Of a stretch of 64,000 nt of DNA, positions 39,836 through 52,035 are shown one piece after another. The stretch is from Octopus sinensis (taxonomy: Eukaryota). The position numbers and the translations under genes were made by a program. Position 1 is the stretch's first letter. Each line of letters begins with the position of its first letter. The DNA lies in assembly GCF_006345805.1 (NCBI RefSeq), contig NC_043004.1, positions 33,356,001 to 33,420,000 on the forward strand. The letters run 5' to 3'. The notes below the pieces were generated by a model. That model ran no database searches. It worked only from the letters and a program-made list of their open reading frames with translations, and was not told where the DNA came from.

Positions 39836-40343
39836 CAGGGTGTCCTTATTTTAACTGTCTATTTTAATGAAATTGGGCAAATTTAAAAGAAACTAACAGA
39901 ATTTTATGTTTATCACTTAATTATGATACCAAAACAAATAGATTTATAAATCTTACACTAAAACTTTATTGGAAATTTCCAGCCTCTGCTCTGTCTGTAA
40001 CCCTGCAAATGTTAAATCTATTCTTTGCATTATGAAACACAATTCAAACCATTTCAGGAATTATCTTCAGCACTGCTAACTGAATGCATTCTTTAAGTTC
40101 AGCTAAACATTTGATCTTTTGGTGATGAACCTTTGCTTTCATGAAACCTTATGCAAAGAAATCCACTGGCAGGTCAGATGCAGAGAATATGGAGGCCAGG
40201 GTTGGGGTTCTCTACATCCAAGAGGAATGAAAATAAGATTATAAAAAAATTATACAAATTATAAAATTATAAAGAAAATTTAAAATTTATACGCTTTTAA
40301 CACACATTTGATGTGATAAATAATATAATTTTGGGACACCCTG
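39836..40343 (-). mobile_element. Internally deleted Tc1/mariner-type element with TIRs
   Basis: TA|cagggtgtcc ... ggacaccctg. The minus strand encodes a WPPYS...GFMKAKVHHQKIKCLAELKECI remnant. Confidence 0.8.
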
Positions 40344-40483
40344 AATACATTTTTTTCTCCATCTGTGATTTTATTTTTGATCTTCTATATAAATGAAGAT
40401 GTTTCCTCCGTCTGACTGCTTTTCTTTCTAGAATACCAGAAGTTACATTGTGGAACTGTTATTTTAATTAGTTGTATTTATTT

Positions 40484-40589
40484 ATCACCTGATGAGATAC
40501 ATCTGCACCACTGGATGCTCCTGAACCAGTTGTTAAGTGCTTCACGCATGAGGGATCGATGCTAGATGTATCGAAACAATTGTCGTGAT
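40484..40589 (+). ncRNA. Canonical type I hammerhead ribozyme (predicted cleavage after C40584, GUC)
   Basis: atcac-CTGATGA-gatacatct-[59 nt]-agatgtatc-GAAA-c-aatt-g-TC-gtgat: all core residues intact, 5-bp helix I, 9-bp helix II with a G-C closing pair, palindromic helix III CAATTG. Confidence 0.85.
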
Positions 40590-40628
40590 TGATAATGAGT
40601 TTTCGTATATTCCATCTTCCGTCTTTCA

Positions 40629-43100
40629 TTTCTTATATGTGGGCACATAACAAACACCATCCGGTCGTGGCCATTCGCCAGCCTCATCTAGCACCTGTGT
40701 CGGTGGCACATAAAAAGTAGTCAGTACCGCTTGTGGTACCAGTGCCGGTGGCACACAAGAATCCATCCGAACATGGCCGTAGTCAGTACCGCATCACTGG
40801 CCATCGTGCTGTGGGCACATAACAAACACCATCCGGTCGTGGCCGTTCGCCAGCCTCATCTAGCACCTGTGTCGGTGGCACATAAAAACACCTTCCGAAG
40901 ACCCGGCAAGACTAGTCAGGCCATAAACCATGGCCCCTACCTGAGACGTAGTCAGTCCACCTGTGCATACCTTCCTCCTTGTGATACTTGTGAAGGCCTG
41001 TTGAGGCAAGTGAAAATCAAAGGCCTGTTGAGGCAAGTGAAAATCAAAATCAAATCAAATCAAAACAAATCAAAATAGATGAACATCAATGGAATTTGTA
41101 TCTTTGTGGTACCAGTGCCGGTGGCACACAAGAGAAAACCATCCGAAAGTGGCCGTAGCCAGTACCGCATCGACTGGCCTCCGTTCTGTGGGCACATGAC
41201 AAACACCATCCGATCGTGGCCGTTCGCCAGCCTCATCTAGCACCTGTGTCGGTGGCACATAAAAACACCATCCGAAGACCCGGCAAGACTAGTCAGGCCA
41301 TAACCCATGGCCCCTACCTGGGACGTAGTCAGTCCACCTGTGCATACCTTCCTTCTTGTGACACTTGTGAAACCTGTTGAGGCAAGTGAAAATCAAATCA
41401 AAACAAATCAAAATAGATGAACATCAATGGAATCTGTATCTTTGTGGTACCAGTGCCGGTAGCACACACTTTGTGGTACCAGTGCCGGTGGCACACATGA
41501 GAACCATCCGAACGTGGCCGTAGCCAGTTCCGCATCGACCGGCCTCCGTGCTGTGGGCACGTAACAAACACCATCCGATCATGGCCGTTCGCCAGCCTCA
41601 TCTGGCACCTGTGTTGGTGGCACATAAAAACACCTTCCGAAGACCCGGCAAGACTAGTCAGTCCACCTGTGCATACCTTCCTTCCTTCTTGTGACACTTG
41701 TGAAGACCGGTTGAGGCAAGTGAAAATCAAATCAAATCAAATCAAAATAGACAAAATAGATGAACATCAATGGAATTTGTATCTTGTGGTACCAGTGCCT
41801 GTGGCACACAAGAAATCCATCAGTGCCGTAGTCAGTGCGGTGGGCACATGACAAACACCATCCGATCGTGGCCGTTCGCCAGCCTCATCTAGCACCTGTG
41901 TCGGTGGCACATAAAAACACCATCCGAAGACCCGGCAAGACTAGTCAGGCCATAACCCATGGCCCCTACCTGGGACGTAGTCAGTCCACCTGTGCATACC
42001 TTCCTTCTTGTGACACTTGTGAAACCTGTTGAGGCAAGTGAAAATCAAATCAAATCAAAACAAATCAAAATAGATGAACATCAATGGAATTTGTATCTTT
42101 GTGGTACCAGTGCCGGTGGCACGTGGCACATAAGAAAACCATCCGAATGTGGCCGTAGCCAGTACCGCATCGACTGGCCTCCGTGCTGTGGGCACGTAAC
42201 AAGCACCATCCGATCGTGGCCGTTTGCCAGCCTCATCTGGCACCTGTGTCGGTGGCACATAAAAACACCATCCGAGCGTGGCCGTTCGCCAGCCTCATCT
42301 AGCACCTGTGTCGGTGGCACATAAAAACACCATCCGAAGACCCGGCAAGACTAGTCAGGCCATAACCCATGGCCCCTACCTGGGACGTAGTCAGTCCACC
42401 TGTGCATACCTTCCTTCTTGTGACACTTGTGAAGACCTGTTGAGGCAAGTGAAAATCAAATCAAATCAAAACAAATCAAAATAGATGAACATCAATGGAA
42501 TTTGTATCTTTGTGGTACCAGTGCCGGTGGCACGTGGCACATAAGAAAACCATCCGAACGTGGCCGTAGCCAGTACCGCATCGACTGGCCTCCGTGCTGT
42601 GGGCACGTAACAGCACCATCCGATCGTGGCCGTTTGCCAGCCTCATCTGGCACCTGTGTCGGTGGCACATAAAAACACCATCCGAGCGTGGCCGTCTGCC
42701 AGCCTCGTCTGGCACCTGTGTCGGTGGCACATAAAAACACCATCCGAGCGTGGCCGTCTGCCAGCCTCGTCTGGCACCTGTGTCGGTGGCACAATAAAAA
42801 ACACCATCCGAGCGTGGCCGTCTGCCAGCCTCGTCTGGCACCTGTGTCGGTGGCACATAAAAAACACCATCCGAGCGTGGCCGTTTGTCAGCCTCGTCTG
42901 GCACCTGTGTCGGTGGCACATAAAATCACCCACTACACTCTCGGAGTGGTTGGCGTTAGGAAGGGCATCCAGCTGTAGAAACACTGCCAGATCTGACTGG
43001 ACTGGTGCAGCTTTCGGGCTCCCCAGACCCCAGTTGAACCGTCCAACCCATGCTAGCATGGAAAGCGGACGTTAAATGATGATGATGATGATGATGATGA
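40629..43100 (+). repeat. Tandem array built from the 3' end of an RTE-like LINE: about five 320-410-bp units, then about five 62-bp subunits, then the normal terminus and (GAT)n tail
   Basis: Anchor gtagtcagtccacctgtgcatacc at 40948, 41325, about 41654, 41977 and 42387. The 62-bp unit aaaaacaccatccgagcgtggccg... runs 42612-42925. Confidence 0.9.
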
Positions 43101-43374
43101 TATACAGCAATAAGAAAATGGAGGGGATCAAAAGGTGGTATTCATCAACTTTTAAACATTATATTATGGCTATTTATTTATTTTTTTAAAAACCATTATA
43201 ACAATATACACACATATATAACATATTATGCTTTACATAGATAAAAATTGCTTGTGTATTAATAATTGGGTATTCTACGAGCAGTATATTGGATAGATAT
43301 TATCTCTTAGTTGGTTGGATTCACAACCTCTAACTTTCTTGGAATTATATATATATATATTTATATATATTATT

Positions 43375-43433
<59 letters not shown>

Positions 43434-43440
43434 TATTATT

Positions 43441-43484
<44 letters not shown>

Positions 43485-43490
43485 TATTTT

Positions 43491-43963
43491 GGTTTGACTC
43501 AGGATTTATGTGAGTAGTGGGTTACTTTTCAGCAGTCTTTCAAGTGCTTGGAACCCTTCTGATAATCCTTACTGTCCCTAAATGACAAACTTTCTGCGGG
43601 AGCTCTACCTGGCATTCTATTTCAATCTCCTTCAGCTATTTGTCTAGATCTTGGATTACTGTTCTCAATGCACCAATTATTATAAACACGACCTTTACTG
43701 TTCGCATTCTGTAAATTCTTCCTATTTCAAATTTTAAGGGATTATATTTTTTTTATCTTTCTTCCTCTTTCTTTACGATCCTAGAATGAAATGGGAATGA
43801 TGGATCAGTAAGCAACTTCACTTTTTAATCCATGATTGTAATATCTGGTATATTTGTCCATTTGAACAGGAAAGTCCCACAAAATCTTACATTTTTCTGA
43901 CTCCTGTATTCTTTCAACTCGGTGATTGTACCACATGTTTCCAGCTTCAAATCTCCATTCTGG

Positions 43964-43964
<1 letters not shown>
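43491..43964 (-). mobile_element. RLE-type (R4/Dong-like) non-LTR retrotransposon 3' fragment, copy 1
   Basis: Minus strand WYNHRVERIQESEKCKILWDFPVQMDK ... KVVFIIIGALRTV; flanked by (AAT)n/(GAT)n. Confidence 0.8.
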
Positions 43965-44056
<92 letters not shown>

Positions 44057-44062
44057 TATTTT

Positions 44063-44536
44063 GGTTTGACTCAGGATTTATGTGAGTAGTGGGTTACTTT
44101 TCAGCAGTCTTTCAAGTGCTTGGAACCCTTCTGATAATCCTTACTGTCCCTAAATGACAAACTTTCTGCGGGAGCTCTACCTGGCATTCTATTTCAATCT
44201 CCTTCAGCTATTTGTCTAGATCTTGGATTACTGTTCTCAATGCACCAATTATTATAAACACGACCTTTACTGTTCGCATTCTGCAAATTCTTCCTATTTC
44301 AAATTTTAAGGGATTATATTTTTTTTATCTTTCTTCCTCTTTCTTTACGATCCTAGAATGAAATGGGAATGATGGATCAGTAAGCAACTTCACTTTTTAA
44401 TCCATGATTGTAATATCTGGTATATTTGTCCATTTGAACAGGAAAGTCCCACAAAATCTTACATTTTTCTGACTCCTGTATTCTTTCAACTCGGTGATTG
44501 TACCACATGTTTCCAGCTTCAAATCTCCATTTCTGG

Positions 44537-44537
<1 letters not shown>
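44063..44537 (-). mobile_element. RLE-type fragment, copy 2 (near-identical tandem duplicate, 572-bp period)
   Basis: Same sequence as 43491-43964 except about two differences (gtaaattc vs gcaaattc; one extra T). Confidence 0.8.
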
Positions 44538-44603
<66 letters not shown>

Positions 44604-44619
44604 GTTATTGTTATTATTA

Positions 44620-45047
44620 TTATTGAGTGAGAGAGCAGTGCATGCCATCAAAGTGACACTGGGGTTAAAATTTATGAAGCCCAGTATACCCATCATGACT
44701 ACCTGTCTGATAAGGGTACACCAGGCACATGCATCACAACCATATGTGTGCGACATGGTGATCTAATGTCAAGATAAACAGCACATGACCTTGCAGGTGG
44801 GGCCCACTTAGAATTTTCTTCAGGTCGAGTAACCCATCCTGCTCAAAAGGTCCCTGAATAAGGGTTGTTTAAGGATGTTGAACAAAACACCCATGTTTCC
44901 AGAGGTGAATTATTCAAACCCCAAAGAATCCCTCTCAACTCATGGCTATGATGCTCCCCCACTACTTCTGCTCATGATCAGAGATGCACATATCGTCAGC
45001 CACTAAGGGACATATCAACTGGTGAAGGTCAAACAACTGACAAGCAA

Positions 45048-45054
<7 letters not shown>
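44620..45054 (-). mobile_element. Family D (AAT)n-associated repeat, truncated
   Basis: Reverse complement of the 17867-18410 and 61664-62225 family; (ATT)n on both sides. Confidence 0.85.
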
Positions 45055-45089
<35 letters not shown>

Positions 45090-45437
45090 TTGGACTGTCT
45101 TGTTGTTAAATGATAGTTTAGAGTCCAGCAATGTCTTGCCTCTTTTGTTTGAAATGGTCAAATGCTGTTGTTGTACATAAGCTCATGCTTTTGATCAAAT
45201 TGTCACTGCCTGTATAGGTGCACGAGTGTGCCATATGTCACATGTTGAAAAGGATCATGGAGCAACATGTTTTGCTGAAGAACACAATGCTGTGCCCAGT
45301 CTGGGAGTCAAAACCATGCATCCCACAGTATACTGCTTCAAATATATATTTGCCTGACCCATGACAGCATAGAGAAAAGGAAGTAAAAAGAACAAATGAA
45401 TCAATGAAAATTCTCTCTCTCTCTTTCTATGGCTGTA

Positions 45438-45512
<75 letters not shown>

Positions 45513-45517
45513 TTATC

Positions 45518-45582
<65 letters not shown>

Positions 45583-47078
45583 GTCTGTCTGTCTGCCTAT
45601 CTGTCTGTCTGCCTATCTGTCTGTCTGTCTATCTATCTGCTTGTCTGTCTATCTTTATATGTCTATGAATTTGTATACAAATGAAAACATGTGTGTATGT
45701 GTGAGTGTATATGCACACCCATCCATCTATCAAACCAGCCACCCAGCCATCCATCCAACGAGCCAACCAGCCAGCCACACATACTTACATACATTCGTAC
45801 TCACATGCATATGTACATGCATACACATGTACATACATACATACATTCATACATGCACTCATACATACATGCATACACACATACATTCATACATACGTAC
45901 ATACATACACATACACACACACACACACACAGACACACATATTGTTTAGATACAGTAATTGTTTACGTTCGGCCATATTTTCTTTTTTCTTATTTCTTAT
46001 GTTTGACTTTCATCTTGATTTTTCGAAAGGTTTCTTCGTACTTTCACCAAAAAGCACCAGAAGGAAAGGAAGAAAACACTGAATGGATATTTAAGTGCTT
46101 AAGTACATATATATCTGTTAGCAATGGAATTCTAGCTATTGCTAAACTGTCCATATTGTACCGTATAGCCTTCCATACTAGTCGCTGTTATATACATACA
46201 TATTAATCAAGCTCACATTTTAGTACAAAGCCATTTAGCAAAAATAAAAAAAACAACAACAAACTAACTATTGGCTGTATTCTTTGTAGCAATATGATCG
46301 CAGGGAAAATACGTGAAGTGGAAGAGAGAGCTCTCAGTAAACGCTATGAACAAAAAGAAATAAAAGAATTTAGCAACACAGCCTGTTTGATGATATCTAG
46401 GCAAAAGGAAATTAGATTGTACTTGAATAGACTAGATCTACGAAATTAATGAAAGTCGGAAACAGGAGATAGAATGATGAAGTTCCTATTATAATATTGA
46501 TTGTGTTTGACTAGGCAAAAAGCCAAACTTCTTTCGGTTGGGTAGGTGAAGTGAAAATATAAAAATATAAAAAATACCTTTTAAACTCAGAAGGGTTTTC
46601 TGAAGTGTCAGAGGGGTTGAAATATTCTTTAAAGCTTGCTAAGCTGAGGTAATACAAAGCTAAAGTTATTGTTCTCCTACATTATATGGTATTTGGCAAG
46701 GGATTTGAGCACTATACTGTTGAGCTGGTTGGCCGATGATATAAGCACTCTGCTATTTCAGTTTTACAAGTACATTCAGTCAATTTGAATTAACTCCACT
46801 ATTTTAAGTGGAATATACCTGAGTGAATAATTTGTTTAAATAGTTGAATAAAATAGTAGAAGCCAAGAGAACACGTACAGGTGTGCATAAGAGAATCATA
46901 AGTACAAAAGGTTGGCAAAGACAACACATTGAAGAAGGGAAGAGTCTAACTTCTAATGCAGAATCCAGTGTTACATGTATGTATGTATATATGCATGTAC
47001 ATATATCTTTGTGTATGTGTGTGTGGTGTGTATGTATGTATGTATGTATGTATGTATGTATGTATGTATGTATGTATG

Positions 47079-47396
47079 AGTCATCTTTGTAGTCATAAAA
47101 CAAGACAGATGAGTGACAACCTGGCCACTGGTGGTGGTGTAACACACCATACTAATCATATCTGTCGGGCATGTGGAAGAGAGTGTAATTCGACAGGAGG
47201 ACTTAAACGACATGCAAAGGTACATGAAGCCCAGTTACAACTACAGCCGGCTATTACCAGTAAAGATTGTAGTTGCCAATTTTGTATAAGACATTGTAGA
47301 TCTTTAGCTGGGCTAAAAAGTCACATTCGATCACAACACCAGTAACAGTTAAGCTTCGTGCAATGGCCATACTCGATAACGAGGGGGCAGCCATAA
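47079..47396 (+). mobile_element. RTE-clade LINE 3' end encoding two C2H2 zinc fingers, embedded in (ATGT)n
   Basis: HICRACGRECNSTGGLKRHAKVH and CQFCIRHCRSLAGLKSHIRSQHQ* (stop 47343-47345), then a short 3' UTR ending gcagccat followed by (atgt)n. Confidence 0.7.
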
Positions 47397-48998
47397 TGTA
47401 TGTATGTATGTATGTATGTATGTATGTATGTATGTATGTATGTATGTATGTATGTATGTATGTATGTATGTATGTATGCATGTATGTATGTATTCTCATT
47501 GAAATAGCAGTAACAAAAAATAGAGGAAGGGGACAGCATCCCTGTGGACAAATGATCGGAGCATGTCTGTAATCAATTGTATACCAATTAGTCAAGTGGC
47601 CCCTTTTTAAATGGGAGCTATGTGCATAGTAGCAGTACTTTCCTAGCTGTGGTAATAGCTCTTATCTGGGGCCTTACTTGAGCTTTTTAGAGTATTTCCA
47701 AATATTCAATGTTATTTGTCGGCATTTCAACTATTGTCCCCCAACAATCATTTACAGATTAAATGAGAATATTAATTATAATTTATATTTTCAGATCATT
47801 AGTTATATTATTTCATTAATTAAGAAAACAATTAATCATATCACATCGTTATCAAATGTTATATTTTATCATTAGTTTTAAAATTGAAGTGTCTGGCTTT
47901 CAGAGCAGAGAATTACAGCTCAACTCTTAATTTAAGAAACATTTTGATTAGTTTCAACGTTAAATAGAATATTTATATTGATTGTTTAGTTTAATTTTGT
48001 TTACTTCATTTAGAAATTAAAAATGTACACACACTATATCATTAGTTGATATGATTGTTAATAAAAACAAAGCTTGGCATCTCCATTAGCATAAACATAA
48101 TTACTGACTGATTGATCCATGCAATAAGACACTGTAGAATTTTCCCTCTTTCAAATCATCATCATCATCATCATCATTGTCGTCGTCGTCTTTGTTGTCA
48201 TCGTCATCATAATCATCGTCTTCATCTTTGCCTTAACATCTGCTTTTCCATGCATGCAAGGGTTATGTGCAGAGTTTATTTGAGGCAGATTTTCTGTGGC
48301 CAGGTGCCCTTCCTGTCACCGACCTTCACCTGTTTCTGGGCAAAGTAATATTTCCTTATGGCTGCTTATGTTTTCAGAGAAGATTGGAAATGAATGTCTC
48401 TGCTTGTGCAATGGTGATGTTCCTATACAATCATCATGTGATGTCAAGACAAGGAGAAACACACACACACACACACACACACACAATTTTACTCTCCATC
48501 TGTTTTCTCTCCTCATTCCTTTCTGTAGAAGAGTGTAGGATCAAACCAGCAAAGAATCTTCCACTTTTCCTGAGCATCAAACTCATACACCTTTATTTGT
48601 TGTTCACTCACCTGTCTCTTTGATTTTTGTTCAATTTTGCACCATATATATATACATAGATAAATAGTGCAAGTATGACTATAAGTTTAAGGAGCTTGCT
48701 CTCCAACCAAAATATAGCAACTGACTTCATCAAGCTTAATCCTTACCACATTTTAAATCTTTGATTTATTCAATAATGGATCAATAACTGATCAATAAAT
48801 AGTTCATGCCTTTGAATCCCCAGGAACAGAATTGATTATAAGCCTTTTGATACCAGTCCACCAGTGAGTATTTTTTGTTCTATGATACTAGTCCACCCAA
48901 GACAACATCTAGTTCCATGATACAAAACTAATCATTTTTAAAATGTTGATATCGAAAATAAATCTGTCCAGTAGAATTTTATTTCTTGTTTAACAAAT

Positions 48999-49366
48999 TA
49001 TAACTCTGAGTACCTTTTTAAACTCCGTCTGTCTAACACCTGTGGACATGTTTACAAAGTCAGAAAACAGCACAGCTCCCATGACTTTCGGAAACATTTT
49101 TTCCCACTAAGAGTTACTGAAGCATGGAACAGACTGCCGGCATCAGTTGTTAGTTGTCGGAGCACTGCATGCTTCAAAACTTCCATGCTTCCTGAGATTC
49201 ACCAACACTACACCTGATTTTCTCCCCTCCATACTCACACAAGCATGTATCTGACTCATACACTGTTCACTTTCCAGACATTTGTACATTACTGCATACA
49301 CTTTATATGCACTTTTGACAAGTTGTGGTGCACCTGAGCACTGTATACAATAATTTCATTATTATT
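48999..49366 (+). mobile_element. CR1-clade LINE 3' end
   Basis: YNSEYLFKLRLSNTCGHVYKVRKQHSSHDFRKHFFPLRVTEAWNRLPASVV matches the CR1 ORF2 C-terminal motif (TRGH..K...RV...WN.LP); (ATT)n tail. Confidence 0.85.
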
Positions 49367-49425
49367 TTTATATTTCAAACCGCTGTTTTATATTGATAAC
49401 ATTAATTATTTTACAAAATACTCAC

Positions 49426-49558
49426 CAATTCTTGATTTTCAAAATTAATTCTACTACAAAAGCAATATATATCCTCAGAAATATGATGATGAAAAGTTTA
49501 AATCTCATTTGTAATACACTGTATTTCTGCCTGTCTCCAGTAATTTTGAGAAAATGTC
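49426..49558 (-). CDS. Candidate exon (133 nt, HFLKITGDRQ...LILKIKNW) or shorter 28/25-nt forms (RINFENQEL)
   Basis: Consensus donor TTG|gtgagt; acceptors ggttttctcttcag| (49558) or ttgcttttgtag|tag| (49453/49450). Confidence 0.25.
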
Positions 49559-50262
49559 CTGAAGAGAAAACCCCAGTGCTACCCAACATCACACCAATTG
49601 CCATTTATGTTAAAGCAAAACCTGTTCCACTATTCATTGACAACAACGTCGATCAAACTAAGTCTTAACCATCTTTGTATGAATACTCTGTTTAAATACA
49701 GAAACTTAATTGCATAGATTGGCTTCTTCCTTAATAGCTGCATGTCAAAAAAGAGATCTTCCTGTTTCCTACCGCAAAAATTCCAATGTTTCATTAAATA
49801 TCTCATTAATTTCGTTCATGCTATATCAATGCTCTCATGTATGTTACTTCTCTTAGCACAAATCTGACAGTCATCTTGCATTCACAAGGCACATTTAATC
49901 AGTGTCTAAATACCTCAAGGCGAGACTATAAAATTTCTATTAAGAAACTTGTAAACATTCTGTAATAGGATTCAGACAAGGTAATAACATTACTAACAAT
50001 TAAAGATGTTGACATAACACAATCCTCTCACTCTTCCAGTTGAGAGCAATTCCTTATGACTGTGGCAATCAGATGACACGTAGAAAACTCCTATTATCAC
50101 AGAAGTTTGTAACATCACAGTTTTGAATTCAATACTGATCAGAGTTAGTTCTGAACAGTGTGGTTAACGAAGTAAGAACCATTAACCACTGGAATCAATT
50201 TAATTTGGTATGTTGCCTCTGAAGAAAGAGCTCTCAGAATAATAATAATAATAATAATAATG

Positions 50263-50361
<99 letters not shown>

Positions 50362-51339
50362 GCAATATTAATAATCCTGTCTACTATGGGTGCAAGGCTT
50401 GAAACTTTTGGATAAGGGATCAGTTGGCTTCATCAACCAAAGCCCTCAACTGGAACTTAGTTTTTTGATCCCCAAAAAGATGGAAGTGAAAATCAAGCAC
50501 AATGACATCTGAACCCAGATGGATGAAATGATGCTGATGAAATGATGCTGCTAACCATTTTTCACACCATGCTAGTAATTCTGTTGGCTTTACTGTCTTA
50601 ATATTCACGATAAGCGTAGGAAGTGGCTGAGTGATAAGTAGCTTGCTTATGAGCCACAGGGTTCCAGGTTCAGTCCCACTGCATGGCACCTTGGGCAAGT
50701 GTGTTCTACAATAGCCTCAAAGCCAACCAAAGCCTTGTGAGTGGATTTGCTAGACGGAAACTGAAAGAAGCCTGTCGTATATATGTGTATATATATATAT
50801 ATGTGTGTGTATGTTTGTGCGTCTGTGTTTGTCCCCCCCCCCCCCTCTGACATCACTTGACAACTTAGCAGTTCAGCAAAAGAGACCAATAGAATAAGTA
50901 CTAGGCTTACAAAGAATAAGTCCTGGGATCGATTTGCTTGACTAAAGGCAGTGCTCCAGAATGGCCACAGTCAAGTGACTGAAACAAGTAAAAGAGTAAA
51001 AGAGAATTGTATACTGTGCTCAAATACATTACAACTTGCCAGAAAAGGTTAATAGAGGAGAAAGAAGGCAAACATCATCATCGTTTAACGTCCGTTTTCC
51101 ATGCTAGCATGGGTTGGACGGTTCGACTGGGGTCTGGGAAGCCAGGAGGCTGCACCAGGCTCCAGTCTGATCTGGCAGAGTTTCTACAGCTGGATGCCCT
51201 TCCTAACACCAACCACTCCGTGAGTGTAAGTCAAATAGCAAAAGTTAGTAATGGCAACTAGAAGTGCATACACAGTTCACAAAATAAAACAAACAAACGA
51301 AATAAAAAAGAGAAATAAAGAAAAAAGTGAACATTAAAA

Positions 51340-51730
51340 AGGAAAGGGTGGATCGGGTGGGCGGGTAGATTAGGAATAGTGTTGGTGAATTTCAGAAAGT
51401 ATGGAATTTCTTGTGGGGAGAGTGTGCTGACGGTTAGCAGTGGATACAGGTTGTTTATGCTATAAGTCTGAGCATGGAAAAAAAGATATTCCTGAGAGCC
51501 ATGGGTGCTGCACTGTCTTTTGATGTTGTAAGTTTGTCTATCAAGGGTAAAGGTATTGAAGTTTAAAAGGTGACCAAAGTTGTTGGAAAGATGGCAGATA
51601 ATCTTGTGGGCTTCAAGACAACCAAATTTTGTGTTGATGCTCAGAGAATCAATATGTTCAAGAAATGGTAAATGACCAACAGAGAGTATTCATCCAGTTG
51701 CATGTCTCTGGATAACTTCTAGCAGATTGA
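51340..51730 (-). mobile_element. Older CR1-clade LINE 3' remnant
   Basis: The minus strand gives LEVIQRHAT..., AHKIICHLSNN and ...KRQCSTHGSQE..FFHAQ, a diverged relative of 48999-49366. Confidence 0.55.
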
Positions 51731-52035
51731 TATTCTAGTCAAGATGGCTGAGACCTTTGGAGATATGCTGTGCTTGAGAAGACCTGGCAAGCTGAGATTG
51801 TAGCTATGGCCGATGCCAGTGTTGCATAACCGGCCTATTTAAGAGTTCCTGTCAATCGTTGTGCTTGAGAAGACCGATTGAGTCAAGTAAAATTGCTGTC
51901 ATGGTCGATACCAGTATTGCTCGACTGGCACCCTTGCAGGTAGCATGTAAAAGGCACCATGCAAGCATAGGTGATGCCAGTGCCGCTGGACTGGCTTCCG
52001 TGCTGGTGGCACATAAAAAGCACCATTTGAGCATG
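51730..52035 (+). mobile_element. RTE-like LINE 3' end including the last ORF codons
   Basis: gacctttggagatatgctgtgcttgagaagacctggcaag reads DLWRYAVLEKTWQ, followed by 3' UTR motifs shared with the 40.6-43.1 kb array. Confidence 0.6.

Noticed and set aside
40900-40980. HDV-like ribozyme in the RTE-derived unit
   Set aside because: I could not build the nested double pseudoknot by eye; it would need an RNArobo or Infernal search.
42612-42925. CRISPR-like appearance of regularly spaced 62-bp repeats
   Set aside because: Contiguous tandem repeats without unique spacers, no cas genes, eukaryotic context, and the unit is part of a dispersed LINE 3' UTR.
41959-43075. ORFs of 100-149 aa in the tandem array
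   Set aside because: Repetitive translations of non-coding repeat units.
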